Source: an uncultured bacterium
GTDB lineage: Bacteria; Zixibacteria; MSB-5A5; CAIYYT01
Assembly: GCA_963726455.1 (NCBI GenBank)
Contig: CAVSCK010000003.1
Span: 448,001 to 512,000 of the forward strand
Direction: 5' to 3'
Length of the DNA: 64,000 bases
The notes beneath the pieces are model-generated. The model was not told the DNA's origin, searched no databases, and saw only the letters and a list, made by a program, of their open reading frames with translations. The translations under genes and the position numbers were made by a program. Within the stretch, counting starts at the first letter, position 1, and each line of letters opens with the position of its first letter. This document shows, piece by piece, positions 39,703 to 49,889 of this stretch.

Positions 39703-40631
39703 TGTGCCCTCCCGAAGGACGCCGGCACAATCAGATTGACGGCCGAGGGGAGGACGCGAAATTCGAATGCATAACCGCGCTCATGAACTTGACCGTCCCC
39801 GAATAGCAGCATGGGTTCGGATGACCGGATACTTAAGGATGATTCGCGCAGGCGAACGACGTTTCCGGAGCAGTTATTGGCACCGGTGACTGTAGATAAC
39901 ACAGATTGCAGCAGTGAGTGACGATCATGGTTGTCGGTAATGGCGAACAGGTCGAGGTGGCCATCGCAATTGGAGGCCGCGGGCGCGACTTGGAATCTGC
40001 CTCCCAGAAACGGCTGGTTGGCGATGATGACCGAATATGCTTCGCCTTTCCAATCAGATTGATTCCCGTGAAGAGTCAAAGGAATCCCACGACGGGTACT
40101 GCGGCGATAGATAAGCGCCAAGGCCAACAGATAGAGCTTACTGCCAAATACGCGAGCTACCAGTTCTCCGGCTACGCCGGCTTTCCGGATTGATTCGGCT
40201 TCCTCGACAGCACAACACGGCAGGCCGAATCCGGCGACAGTGAGAAAACACCAGCCGTTGACGCTAATGGCGTCGACGCGCCGAATGTGGCGCCTTCCTA
40301 TCACTTGACACGCAGATCGCAGGTCGGTCGGAATATCATGATAGTTTGCCAGGTCATTCGCGGTGCCGGTCGGGATCAAGCCGACTGCGACGTCATGCCC
40401 GATGCAGCCGTTAACTACTTCGTTGATCGTACCGTCACCGCCGACCGCGACAATGGTGTCGCAGGCGTGCATACAAGCATCACGAGCCAACTCTGTTGCG
40501 TGGCCCGGAAAATCAGTCCAGGTGATGGCTCGCTGCTCAAGTGCGAGTAACTGGCGAAGCCGTTCGGTGAAACGCCGGGGTCGCCCTTTGCACGTCCGTG
40601 GATTTATGATGACCTGAGTTTGCATATTCAT
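39699..40631 (-). CDS. Soluble diacylglycerol/lipid kinase family (DgkB/YegS-like)
   Basis: IINP, GGDGTINEV, PTGTANDLA, N..FLGG and GDG motifs. Confidence 0.9.
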   Translation of the reverse strand: MNMQTQVIINPRTCKGRPRRFTERLRQLLALEQRAITWTDFPGHATELARDACMHACDTIVAVGGDGTINEVVNGCIGHDVAVGLIPTGTANDLANYHDIPTDLRSACQVIGRRHIRRVDAISVNGWCFLTVAGFGLPCCAVEEAESIRKAGVAGELVARVFGSKLYLLALALIYRRSTRRGIPLTLHGNQSDWKGEAYSVIIANQPFLGGRFQVAPAASNCDGHLDLFAITDNHDRHSLLQSVLSTVTGANNCSGNVVRLRESSLSIRSSEPMLLFGDGQVHERGYAFEFRVLPSAVNLIVPASFGRAQ

Positions 40632-40646
40632 TCTCTCGCGGCGTTG

Positions 40647-41768
40647 TCAGGCAGCGTGCGGCACTGCCTTTCCCCAATCGACGGCGAAGCAGTAGTCAAG
40701 CAAGGTGTCGAAGTAGCTCGAAAACTGCGGCAGACTGATTCCACTTCCACTTAGCGCCTCAAGCGTGTTGGCATCGTCGAAGCGGCGGACGACTTTCAGA
40801 TAGGGTTCAAACACGGACATCAATTGCAGAGTGCGAGAGTTGGGAGGTTGGATGTTGTCTTGAGCGTTACCGAAAGCCGGAAGATGAAGCTTATCCGCAG
40901 TTGCGTGTTTCCGCAAATAGCCCAGGAAATGGCCGACGATGTTGCCGACTGCGGGAGCGCCATCGGCCCCTGAGACGAGGTGATATATCTTGCCATTCGA
41001 GTCCGTATGCAAGAATATGTGGGTAATTGCCCGAGCGACATATTCGAGCGGGACTACGTCAAGCGGAGTGGCGGGATTGCAGGTTAAAGACTTAAGAACT
41101 CCCCGATAGATCAGCCGCAGCGGCGAATAGAGCACGTTGAAAGACAATGTCCGGCCTGTCTGCGAATCACCGACTACAATGCTGGGACGGAAGATCGTGA
41201 TCGGCAGTTCTGGCATCAGCGAACGAACATGTTGCTCGGCCTCAAACTTGGTGGCTTCGTAGCTATTGGAAAAGCGGCAGGGCTGTGCCGGTTCATCTTC
41301 ATAGATGTGACCCTCACGATCGCCGCAGACATAAGCAGTACTGATATGCGCAACTTTTTCCAGCCGACCAATCCTGGACGCCTGCTGTGCGAGTTCCATG
41401 ACGTTGCGGGTACCGAAACAGTTGATCTGGCGGGCACATTCCAAAGGCAAAGTGAATTGAACGGCTGCCGCTGAGTGGATAATGTGCGTGACAGTCGAGG
41501 CGAGATCCTGCCAATCGGCGTCGGACAACCCAAGCATTGGCTGAGCGATATCACCACAGACAACCCGGACACGATCTTCGAATTGGGCCAAGTCGAGTTC
41601 CCGGTCGAGAACCTGGACGGCCTGTTGCAGCCGTTCTTTCGCGGCCGATTTCGAACTTCCTCTGACAAGCGCAACGATTTCGGTCTCTGGCTCGTTGGCC
41701 AGAATCGTCAGAAGAATCTTTCCACCGATGTTCCCGGTGGCGCCGGTTATTAGTATCTTTGCTGACAT
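40647..41768 (-). CDS. Extended SDR, fatty-acyl/thioester reductase-like (NAD_binding_4)
   Basis: ITGATGNIG, HSAA, HISTAYVCG, NSYEATK and RPSIVVGDSQTG motifs. Confidence 0.88.
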   Translation of the reverse strand: MSAKILITGATGNIGGKILLTILANEPETEIVALVRGSSKSAAKERLQQAVQVLDRELDLAQFEDRVRVVCGDIAQPMLGLSDADWQDLASTVTHIIHSAAAVQFTLPLECARQINCFGTRNVMELAQQASRIGRLEKVAHISTAYVCGDREGHIYEDEPAQPCRFSNSYEATKFEAEQHVRSLMPELPITIFRPSIVVGDSQTGRTLSFNVLYSPLRLIYRGVLKSLTCNPATPLDVVPLEYVARAITHIFLHTDSNGKIYHLVSGADGAPAVGNIVGHFLGYLRKHATADKLHLPAFGNAQDNIQPPNSRTLQLMSVFEPYLKVVRRFDDANTLEALSGSGISLPQFSSYFDTLLDYCFAVDWGKAVPHAA

Positions 41769-41815
41769 TGTCCTACCTCGTGAATCGCTACTGGTTTCAT
41801 AACGACCAGCGTTAA

Positions 41816-41832
41816 AGCAATCCCAATGCCAG
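41816..41832 (-). promoter_or_regulatory. Sigma54 -24/-12 promoter of the lipid operon
   Basis: Minus strand CTGGCATTGGGATTGCT (GG-N10-GC), 48 bp upstream of the ATG. Confidence 0.75.
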
Positions 41833-42188
41833 CCAACGCTGAATGACTAGTTCATGCTGTGAGCCAAAGAGATAGCCCGTTCTTGAGGTCACCGCTTCTG
41901 ACATAATGTGAGCCGCCGTGGGGTATCATATATCCAGCCGAAGAACTTCGGTAACCATCTGATCACCGGCAAATGCCGAAAAGACAGGCATTTTCAAACT
42001 TGTATTGCGGCGGGCTCTGCTCTATCTTCAGAGCGACATCAATTCGACAATCAAGGTGACGGGATGGCGATTGCGTACGGGAAAGTCCCTTGGTAACAGC
42101 TAATTTGGGGTGTGACAAAGTTCTTAGGAAAAGGTGTTACGACTTGGCGTCAAGTTGTCTCTGAAATCACGCTCAGCGGAGGTACCGA

Positions 42189-44012
42189 ATGAAATTGCCA
42201 TCGATACAGCAGGTCTGGCTTGAGGCCGGTCGAACGGCAAAAAGATTCCCATTGGTGCTAATCGCGACCACGATTGGAACGATTGCCGCTCTAATTTTGG
42301 TCGATCACGATTATTCCAAGGAAGGCACCTTTTTGAATGGAGTTCTACTCGCATCAGCCCTCGGTGCGATGTTATTGACCGGCGCGGTGCTGGTAGGAGA
42401 AAAGGGCCGACGCGGCAAACTCATTTTCTGGGCGATGCAAATCCTAAGTATCCTGCTGCTGGTCGGATATGCTTTCACAATCCCATTGAAACTTGTTGGA
42501 GCGCCACTTTTTCACGTTGTGCAGTTTCAGCTCTTCTGTTTTGCGCTGGCGCTGCTGGTGTCTGTCGGGCCGTTCCGCTCACCCGGTGAATTGAATGGAT
42601 TCTGGCAATATAACAAGACACTGGTCTTCAGAATTCTAACGTCACTACTTTTCGCGGGTGTCCTGTATGCCGGCCTTGCCATAGCGCTGGCGGCGCTGGA
42701 CCATCTGTTCGGCGTTGATATAGCCGGGAAGCGGTACTTCGAACTGTGGGTATTGATTGCAGGTATATTTGCTCCCTGGTTCTTTCTCGCCGGAGTACCC
42801 GAGGATCTGGATGCTTTAGAAAGCGTCAGTGAGTACTCCAAGGGTATAAAGGTATTCGCGCAATATATCCTCTCCCCGATCGCCCTGGTCTATTTCGTTA
42901 TTCTCTATGCCTACATCGTGAAGATTCTGCTCGAATGGAACTGGCCCAAGGGTTGGGTTGCAGAACTAATCCTTGGCTTCGCCGCTGTCGGTCTGTCGAC
43001 GTTAGTGCTGCTGTATCCGGTTCGCGAGCGGCCGGAGAACAAGTGGATCAGAGTTGCAACGCGCTGGTTCTTCCGGCTGATGATCCCGTTGATAGTTGTC
43101 TTGATCCTTGCGGTCTGGCGTCGAATCACGGATTACGGAGTTACGGAAGAAAGATATTTCGGTATTGCACTGGCCGTTTGGCTCGCAGTGGTGGTGGTGT
43201 ATTTCCTGGTCAGTAAAGCGAAGAGTATTAAGATTCTGCCCGGGTCAATGTGTATTCTGCTGCTGGTAACGAGCGTCGGGCCGTGGGGTGCCTTTTCCGT
43301 TTCCGAGAACAGCCAGATTGGGAAGCTGCGTATGTTGCTCGAAAGAAACGCCATGCTTGTCAACGAGAAAATCGAAAAGGCGCCCGCGACATTGCCTTCC
43401 GGCGACAAGGAACAGATTTGGTCAATTGTGCATTACCTCAACGGGATGCACGGCCTGGAAGATATTCGTCCCTGGTTCGAGGAAAAGATTGTGCCTGACT
43501 CCACCGGCATCCGTCCCAAGAAATTGTCGACGTCCATCGCGTTCGATCTGATGGGAGTCGAGTATGCCGGAGTCTGGCGAAGTGCCGCTTCGGACCAATT
43601 CATTTTCAATTCCGGATCAGACAACGCGGTGGACGTTGCCGGATTTGACCACTGGATGCCAAGGCAACAATTCGGGTCCAGTCCTGCAAAACCTGCCTCT
43701 CAGGGAAGCGAATTACTTTGGAGGACGAATACCGAACTTGACACGATCATGTTCTTTCTGCGCAAGGATAGCGTCAGTATAGATTCTATAGAGATATCGA
43801 TTCAGCCGCTTATGACAAGCTTGCTGAGCCAGTACGGCAACGCGAATGTCGAGGATGTCCCGCCTGACCAGATGTCAGTCGGCGCCGCAAGTCAAACAAT
43901 GCGCGTCAAGATGTTCGTGAATTCATTTTCCTTTAGAAGAGATGGTGACAAATTGATACCGATCTGGTATTCGGCCAACATCTTCTATTCGGTGGGCAGC
44001 CGGACGGAATGA
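42189..44012 (+). CDS. DUF4153 family membrane protein
   Basis: KRFP at the N-terminus, many TM helices, YFVILYAYIVKI..W.WPKG, RITDYGVTEERY and GPWGA motifs. Confidence 0.85.
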   Translation: MKLPSIQQVWLEAGRTAKRFPLVLIATTIGTIAALILVDHDYSKEGTFLNGVLLASALGAMLLTGAVLVGEKGRRGKLIFWAMQILSILLLVGYAFTIPLKLVGAPLFHVVQFQLFCFALALLVSVGPFRSPGELNGFWQYNKTLVFRILTSLLFAGVLYAGLAIALAALDHLFGVDIAGKRYFELWVLIAGIFAPWFFLAGVPEDLDALESVSEYSKGIKVFAQYILSPIALVYFVILYAYIVKILLEWNWPKGWVAELILGFAAVGLSTLVLLYPVRERPENKWIRVATRWFFRLMIPLIVVLILAVWRRITDYGVTEERYFGIALAVWLAVVVVYFLVSKAKSIKILPGSMCILLLVTSVGPWGAFSVSENSQIGKLRMLLERNAMLVNEKIEKAPATLPSGDKEQIWSIVHYLNGMHGLEDIRPWFEEKIVPDSTGIRPKKLSTSIAFDLMGVEYAGVWRSAASDQFIFNSGSDNAVDVAGFDHWMPRQQFGSSPAKPASQGSELLWRTNTELDTIMFFLRKDSVSIDSIEISIQPLMTSLLSQYGNANVEDVPPDQMSVGAASQTMRVKMFVNSFSFRRDGDKLIPIWYSANIFYSVGSRTE

Positions 44013-44042
44013 AGTCGAAAGGCACAGAATTCGAGTCGTCAA

Positions 44043-46652
44043 ATGCAAGAGGATAATGACAATAAGCAATCCGTAGGCACTCTTTCACCGGGAAGCGACG
44101 TCGGTCATTACCAGGTCATAGACATGATCGGCAAAGGTGGCATGGGAGAAATCTACCTTGCTGACGACCGGCAACTACAACGACAGGTGGTGCTGAAGTT
44201 CCTGCCGGCTCATCTCGCCGTCGACAATGATTGTCGGACGCGCTTCCGGCAGGAAGCACAGGCAGCCGCCAAGCTGAACCACCCTAATATCGTTACCATC
44301 TACGAAGTCGGCGAATACGGAAGTCGGCCGTTTATCGCGATGGAGTATATTCACGGCCGCACTCTGCGTGATATCCTGCTTGAGGGACCAATGGCGCCTG
44401 TGCGTGCCGCCGAAATCATTTGCCAAACGTGTCAGGGATTGCAAGCGGCACATGAAGCCGGAACTGTCCACCGGGATATCAAACCCGCAAACATAATGCT
44501 CGATGACAAAGGCCGAGTGCGTCTGCTTGATTTCGGTCTGGCGAAAGCGTTGTGCTCCGAGCTCCCCAGTCAATCGCAGGCAACCGCCGGTACCGTGAAC
44601 TATCTCGCACCCGAAGTTTTGACTGGCGGAGCAATTACGCCGGCGTCCGACTTGTTTTCGCTCGGTGTGGTGCTGTACCAAATGCTGGCAGGACAACTGC
44701 CCTTTACCGGCGATTATGAAGCTGCCGTCCTTTATGCGATTGTCAACGAAGTGCCGCGAGACGTCCGAGACATAAATCCGCGCATTCCGGAACGCCTCGC
44801 CGCTATAGTCGACCGGCTTCTACAGAAGGATCCGCTCAAGCGATTTCAGTCCGCTCAAGAAGTTAGAGAAGCGTTGAGTTGCCGGTCGGAAGAAACGCAG
44901 AAGGAGATTCCAGTTCAGGTAAAAAGATCGGTTCGTAATCGACTCGTATATTACACCACCGTCACGGTGCTCATAGTGGTCACGAGTATTAGTGTCTGGA
45001 ATTACGCCAATAAGCCACCTGCCGGCGCAACAAGTAAGAAAGTGCTCGCAGTCCTGCCATTTGATAATCTGGGTTCTGCTGACGATGACTATTTTGCAAA
45101 TGGCATGACCGACGCTGTGGCCGCCAATCTGGCGAACTCTGGTGAAATAGCCGTGATTCAACGCGCCGGCACCATGTCATATCGGAAGAGTGTCAAGACT
45201 TCGCAGCAAATCGGGACAGAGCTGGGAGCAAAGTACCTTCTTACCGGAACGATTCAGTGGGACAAGGCAGTCGTGCCCGGCCAAATTCGCATTACCGCCG
45301 GCCTGATCAACGTTGAGCGTGGCAATTATCTCTGGCGACAACAATACGACCGCTCCATTGACCGAGTGTTCTTAGTACAGTCTGATATAGCCAATCAGGT
45401 CACTCGTTCCTTGAAGATCGAAGTACGGAGTGAGGCATCGTCAAGTGTAGCCGCTCAACCCACTGAGAACCTCGAGGCATACGACTATTACCTGAGGGGT
45501 AACGACTACTTCAACCGCAGTTGGGAGTTGAATGACATACGAAGCGCGATCCAGATGTATCAGCGTGCCGTCGAACTTGATTCAACGTTCGCGCTTGCCT
45601 ATGCAATGCTGTCCCGAGGCCACTCCAGTATGTACTGGGAATACTTCGATCATTCCGATCAGCGCCGCGCCACAGCGGAAGAAGCCGTCGCCCGAGCGTT
45701 GACACTTCAGCCCCAACTGGCAGAGGCACACCTGGCCAAAGGATACGTCTCTTATCACTGCTACCTGGATTACAGCGCCGCGCTGCGTGAATTCGACCTG
45801 GCCCTCAAAGGACAGCCGAATAACGCCGACCTCTACAACGCCATCGCGGCGGTGCAGCGTCGACAGGGGTTGCTGCAACAGGCATCGCAGAATTTTGCCA
45901 AGGCGTTGGAGCTGGATCCGCGTTCGCCGTTGCGCGCCTTTGACGTCGGGCTGACATTCGGCATGATGCGCCAATTTACTTCGGCGGACGAGTATCTTGA
46001 TCGCGCCATTTCGCTGGCCCCGGACTGGCCGCTGGCGTACATCTATAAGGCCTGGCTGGCAATATTCGAAAATGGAGACACCGCCCAAGCAGACCAGGTG
46101 CTGGCATCTGCCTCCGGCAAGGCAGATTTGTCGCGCTCGAAATATTATTGGTGGCTGCTGAGAATAATCGAACCGAATACTGAGAGACAACTGACTGAAG
46201 TCAACCTGGGGAGTGATACGGCGGCCTACTATCTTCAAGTCGCCGAAATCAATCGCTTGCTAGGGCAACGTCAGGCCGAAGCTGTCTTTGCTGATTCTGC
46301 CCGGCGGCTGCTCGAACCGCAACTCAAGTATTTCCCCGAAGACGCGCGCGTACACAGCTACCTTGGGCTGGCATACGCCGGCCTTCGACAGAAGGGCAAG
46401 GCGCTGATGCATGGTGGTAAGGCGGTCGAGCTTATCCCGACAACGCGTGAGGCCTTTGACGCGCCTTTCTGGATAATGAATCTTGCCGAATCAGAGGTAA
46501 TCTTCGGCGAAAACGATTCCGCTGTCAAGCACCTGGGAATACTGCTGTCAATTCCCGGCTTTGCGACCAGCACTTACTTGAAGCTGGACCCAATCTGGAA
46601 GCCCCTGCGAGGTAATCCCGGTTTTCAGCAACTGATACAGCCGATCTCATAA
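44043..46652 (+). CDS. Ser/Thr protein kinase - TM - TolB_N-like - TPR
   Basis: GKGGMGEIY, HRDIKPAN, DFGLA and APE; VLAVLPFDNL..DYFANGMTD; PTENLEAYDYYLRG TPRs; terminal LDPIWKPLR. Confidence 0.92.
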   Translation: MQEDNDNKQSVGTLSPGSDVGHYQVIDMIGKGGMGEIYLADDRQLQRQVVLKFLPAHLAVDNDCRTRFRQEAQAAAKLNHPNIVTIYEVGEYGSRPFIAMEYIHGRTLRDILLEGPMAPVRAAEIICQTCQGLQAAHEAGTVHRDIKPANIMLDDKGRVRLLDFGLAKALCSELPSQSQATAGTVNYLAPEVLTGGAITPASDLFSLGVVLYQMLAGQLPFTGDYEAAVLYAIVNEVPRDVRDINPRIPERLAAIVDRLLQKDPLKRFQSAQEVREALSCRSEETQKEIPVQVKRSVRNRLVYYTTVTVLIVVTSISVWNYANKPPAGATSKKVLAVLPFDNLGSADDDYFANGMTDAVAANLANSGEIAVIQRAGTMSYRKSVKTSQQIGTELGAKYLLTGTIQWDKAVVPGQIRITAGLINVERGNYLWRQQYDRSIDRVFLVQSDIANQVTRSLKIEVRSEASSSVAAQPTENLEAYDYYLRGNDYFNRSWELNDIRSAIQMYQRAVELDSTFALAYAMLSRGHSSMYWEYFDHSDQRRATAEEAVARALTLQPQLAEAHLAKGYVSYHCYLDYSAALREFDLALKGQPNNADLYNAIAAVQRRQGLLQQASQNFAKALELDPRSPLRAFDVGLTFGMMRQFTSADEYLDRAISLAPDWPLAYIYKAWLAIFENGDTAQADQVLASASGKADLSRSKYYWWLLRIIEPNTERQLTEVNLGSDTAAYYLQVAEINRLLGQRQAEAVFADSARRLLEPQLKYFPEDARVHSYLGLAYAGLRQKGKALMHGGKAVELIPTTREAFDAPFWIMNLAESEVIFGENDSAVKHLGILLSIPGFATSTYLKLDPIWKPLRGNPGFQQLIQPIS

Positions 46653-46772
46653 TTCCACATTCGTGTGCCAAGCCATAGCGTCGGAAGAGGAGTACGTTTG
46701 TATTCCAAATAGACTCACCTTATATTGCGGTGGTTATGAAGCTTCGGAGACTCTCATCGACAAGGCGCCGCA

Positions 46773-48257
46773 TTGACTAGATCGCTACCCAGGAAGATCC
46801 TCAGATATTCTGGCTGGAGCTTGCTGGCTCTCGTCGTGCTGTATCTCGCGCTCCTAATTCCCGCAACTCAACCTCCGCCAGTTGCACCCGGTCAACGTGA
46901 GCCGTTCGCCTGGAATCAAGACAATTACTGGACACTGCTCGAAAGCAAGTTCCGACAGGCACGGGAAATCGGTTGCTCCCAGCAGGCAGATCAGATAAGA
47001 GCGGACCTTGACGGTTTGCGGAGCGTGATTGATTCGCTCGCGGTCGGCAATCTGACTCCTGATGCGCCGATATTCACGGAAATTGAGTATCGGATGTTCA
47101 ACCTTGGAGCTCTCGTGGGCGCCTGCCCGGAGCAACTGCCCACTTATCAGAAACTCTACGATCGGATGCGCGAAACTGTCAAGGATCAGTCACAGCATTG
47201 GGACATGAACTCGACGGCGGCGCGAAGACGACTCTATCGCTTGCTCTATGGCGGGCGCACAGCCATCGAAGAAATCATGATGCAGTCGCCCCCTGATTCG
47301 GTACCGGCTCTGACCCTTGCGCACGACGAGCCATCGCAGACGCCCGCAGCTCAGATACTGGGCGTTACCATTCATTCTGGGGACATTCTCGTATCGCGAG
47401 GCGGCGCACCGACGTCGGCTCTCATTGCGCGCGGAAATGATTTTCCCGGAAATTTCTCGCATGTGGCCCTTGTGCATGTCGACGAGAACACGGGCCAAGT
47501 TTCCATAATCGAATCGCATATTGAGAAGGGTGTCGCGGTCGCAACCCTGGATCAGTACTTGAAGGACACGAAGCTGCGGGTGATGGTGCTTAGACTGCGG
47601 GCAAATTTGCCGGCATTAGTGGCGGATCCGCTCTTGCCACATAAGGCAGCGTCGGCGGAATTGGCCAGGGCTCTTCGTGAGCACGTGCCGTACGATTTTG
47701 CCATGGACTTTCGTGATACAACGACGCTGTTCTGCTCTGAGGTAGCGTCGGAAGCATATGCGAGGGTCGGCATCAAGCTGTGGATGGGGCTTTCAAACAT
47801 CTCCGGCAAAGGAATCAAGTCGTGGCTGTCGGCATTTGGGGTGCGGCATTTTGAGACTCAGGAACCGTCAGACTTGGAATATGATCCACAGTTGCGCGTG
47901 GTTGCCGAGTGGCGCGATCCGGAGACATTGTTCAAGGATCGCGTCGACAATGCGATAATCGACGTCATGCTGGAACAGGCGGACAGCGGCAAGGTACTCA
48001 GTTATAATCTATACATGTTGCCGGTAGCGAGAGTGCTGAAGGCATATAGTTCATTGCTCAATCTATTCGATGGTATCGGCCCAATCCCAGAAGGTATGGA
48101 CGCCGCTGCCGCGCTTAAGAATGACTTGTTTACGAAGACCCACAACGCCGTAAAGGCACGGGTACTGGTTCTGGTGGAAGAATTCCGGAAGTCAAACGGA
48201 TACACGCCACCTTACTGGGAGTTGGTGAAGCTGGCGAGGATCGCAGCGACGAACTAA
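46773..48257 (+). CDS. Permuted papain-like NlpC/P60 (YiiX/YebB-like) hydrolase with N-terminal anchor
   Basis: SGDILVSRG and FSHVALV (His) precede YDF...LFCSEV (Cys). Confidence 0.82.
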   Translation: MTRSLPRKILRYSGWSLLALVVLYLALLIPATQPPPVAPGQREPFAWNQDNYWTLLESKFRQAREIGCSQQADQIRADLDGLRSVIDSLAVGNLTPDAPIFTEIEYRMFNLGALVGACPEQLPTYQKLYDRMRETVKDQSQHWDMNSTAARRRLYRLLYGGRTAIEEIMMQSPPDSVPALTLAHDEPSQTPAAQILGVTIHSGDILVSRGGAPTSALIARGNDFPGNFSHVALVHVDENTGQVSIIESHIEKGVAVATLDQYLKDTKLRVMVLRLRANLPALVADPLLPHKAASAELARALREHVPYDFAMDFRDTTTLFCSEVASEAYARVGIKLWMGLSNISGKGIKSWLSAFGVRHFETQEPSDLEYDPQLRVVAEWRDPETLFKDRVDNAIIDVMLEQADSGKVLSYNLYMLPVARVLKAYSSLLNLFDGIGPIPEGMDAAAALKNDLFTKTHNAVKARVLVLVEEFRKSNGYTPPYWELVKLARIAATN

Positions 48258-48350
48258 ACCGAACCCGACCGCAACATCTTCGCGTCAGAATTCGGCGCTT
48301 CTGCCGGTCGAGGGCAGAATACCTACATCAATTCATCTTGAACTGAGGGA

Positions 48351-49697
48351 TCATGATCTCGAAACGCACGGCGCCGGACCGCTACTGAATATGTAGTGAA
48401 TCAAGTACACAACATCAGAGATATCAACACTTCCAGTACAGTCGGTATCGCCGATAAGAATATTATCCGGGCCAATGCGACCGCTAAAGACATAGCCAAT
48501 TATGGCCACAGCGTCACCAATGTCGACACTGCCGCTCAAGTCGAAATCACCCGCGACTACAACCTCATGAGGCGGCGCGATAAACTGTCCCGGCTGCAGC
48601 GACCGATGACCTATCACCGCCATCGTCCCTGCCGCAGAGTCCACGACTCCATCAGTATATGACCAATTTACTCTCAAGGGATGATACGTCGTGTCGTACA
48701 GTAGACCCAGAGGTGCAAGCAGATCAGATGCCGGTATGGTGGCACGGATGACATTATCGAAGTAGCCGTCCAATTGCGAAACGACCTCTGACGCAGTCGC
48801 GGGCAGGCCGTTGATAGTGATCGACGACAGGTTGATCTGTGACGCCGAACGGGCGTTGATAAAGTCTCCCAGCACGATTGTGTCTATGACGGGAGTCAGC
48901 GCTTGGAGATAATAGGTATATTGCGGTGACGGCATAATCGACGCCAGTGCTGGATAGGGATAATGTTTCGTGACGACGGTCGGAATACCAATGGTAGTCT
49001 GCTGCCAGGCTGCCGTATCAGTACTCGCGTAAACATAGTTCAGAAACGAATTGGGTCCCAGCTTGGCCGTGTCGAGACTGACAATTCCGGCCGGTACAGA
49101 GGTACAGCGCATGTCGACTGTACCGAAGAGGTTTGTGCCGGGCGGCATCCAGTTGCTCCAGCGCGAGAAGCAAAACGCCGCCGTCGAATCGGGCCAGTGT
49201 GCGAATCTACCGGTGTACAACACGTCCCCGATAGCCACATACCCGGCTCGGTGGAGCGAGTCTGCAATCATCGATCCTCCCGGTTTCCTGATTTTGAACG
49301 ACACCAGGAAGTCACTCACCCAATTGCGATTTACCATAATCACAGGGAGGTTTACCTTCGTGACTCCTGCCGGGAGAGAGGTAGCCGGCATAATCAATGT
49401 GTCACTACTGGTCAACAAGGGATAAGGCGGGTATGGAGGACAGGCGGGCGGAGGAGCCCACCACGTGAAGAAGTAATTGAATAGATATCTTAGGTCTCCC
49501 GTATTGATACCCTGCCGATGATCCACATCACCTCTCCCGGCAGGAATGGGCTGCCTCCCCACAAAATCCTGATACATGTGAATTATGTCGGCAATATCAC
49601 AGGAGTTACTCCCGTCAACATCACAGCAGTTTTGTGCGTCTGCAGGAACAAAAGCAAACATGGTCGTCAAAATCAGAATTAGCAAAGTGCTCTTCAT
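48351..49697 (-). CDS. Secreted protein with dockerin-like domains at both ends and a cohesin-like/Ig middle
   Basis: Signal peptide; N-terminal DVDGSNSCDIAD/GDVDHRQGINTGDLRYL; C-terminal GDFDLSGSVDIGDAV/GDTDCTGSVDISDVVYLIHYIF. Confidence 0.8.
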   Translation of the reverse strand: MKSTLLILILTTMFAFVPADAQNCCDVDGSNSCDIADIIHMYQDFVGRQPIPAGRGDVDHRQGINTGDLRYLFNYFFTWWAPPPACPPYPPYPLLTSSDTLIMPATSLPAGVTKVNLPVIMVNRNWVSDFLVSFKIRKPGGSMIADSLHRAGYVAIGDVLYTGRFAHWPDSTAAFCFSRWSNWMPPGTNLFGTVDMRCTSVPAGIVSLDTAKLGPNSFLNYVYASTDTAAWQQTTIGIPTVVTKHYPYPALASIMPSPQYTYYLQALTPVIDTIVLGDFINARSASQINLSSITINGLPATASEVVSQLDGYFDNVIRATIPASDLLAPLGLLYDTTYHPLRVNWSYTDGVVDSAAGTMAVIGHRSLQPGQFIAPPHEVVVAGDFDLSGSVDIGDAVAIIGYVFSGRIGPDNILIGDTDCTGSVDISDVVYLIHYIFSSGPAPCVSRS

Positions 49698-49791
49698 GAA
49701 ACCCTCCGAGTATAGAATTCAAGAAGAAAGGCCGACGACTTTCAGGTCGCCACGAAAGAAGGACTTTTCGAGTTACTACGAATTTTGATGA

Positions 49792-49820
49792 AATATAGAC
49801 ATTCTACGCTCTCGTGTCAA
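49792..49820 (-). promoter_or_regulatory. Sigma70-type promoter
   Basis: Minus strand TTGACA-17 nt-TATATT. Confidence 0.65.
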
Positions 49821-49889
49821 GTTGAAAATGAGAGAAGGTCGATCAACAAGGCGAGACTTGCCGCGACAAAACCGCCCGGATGCCGGGAT

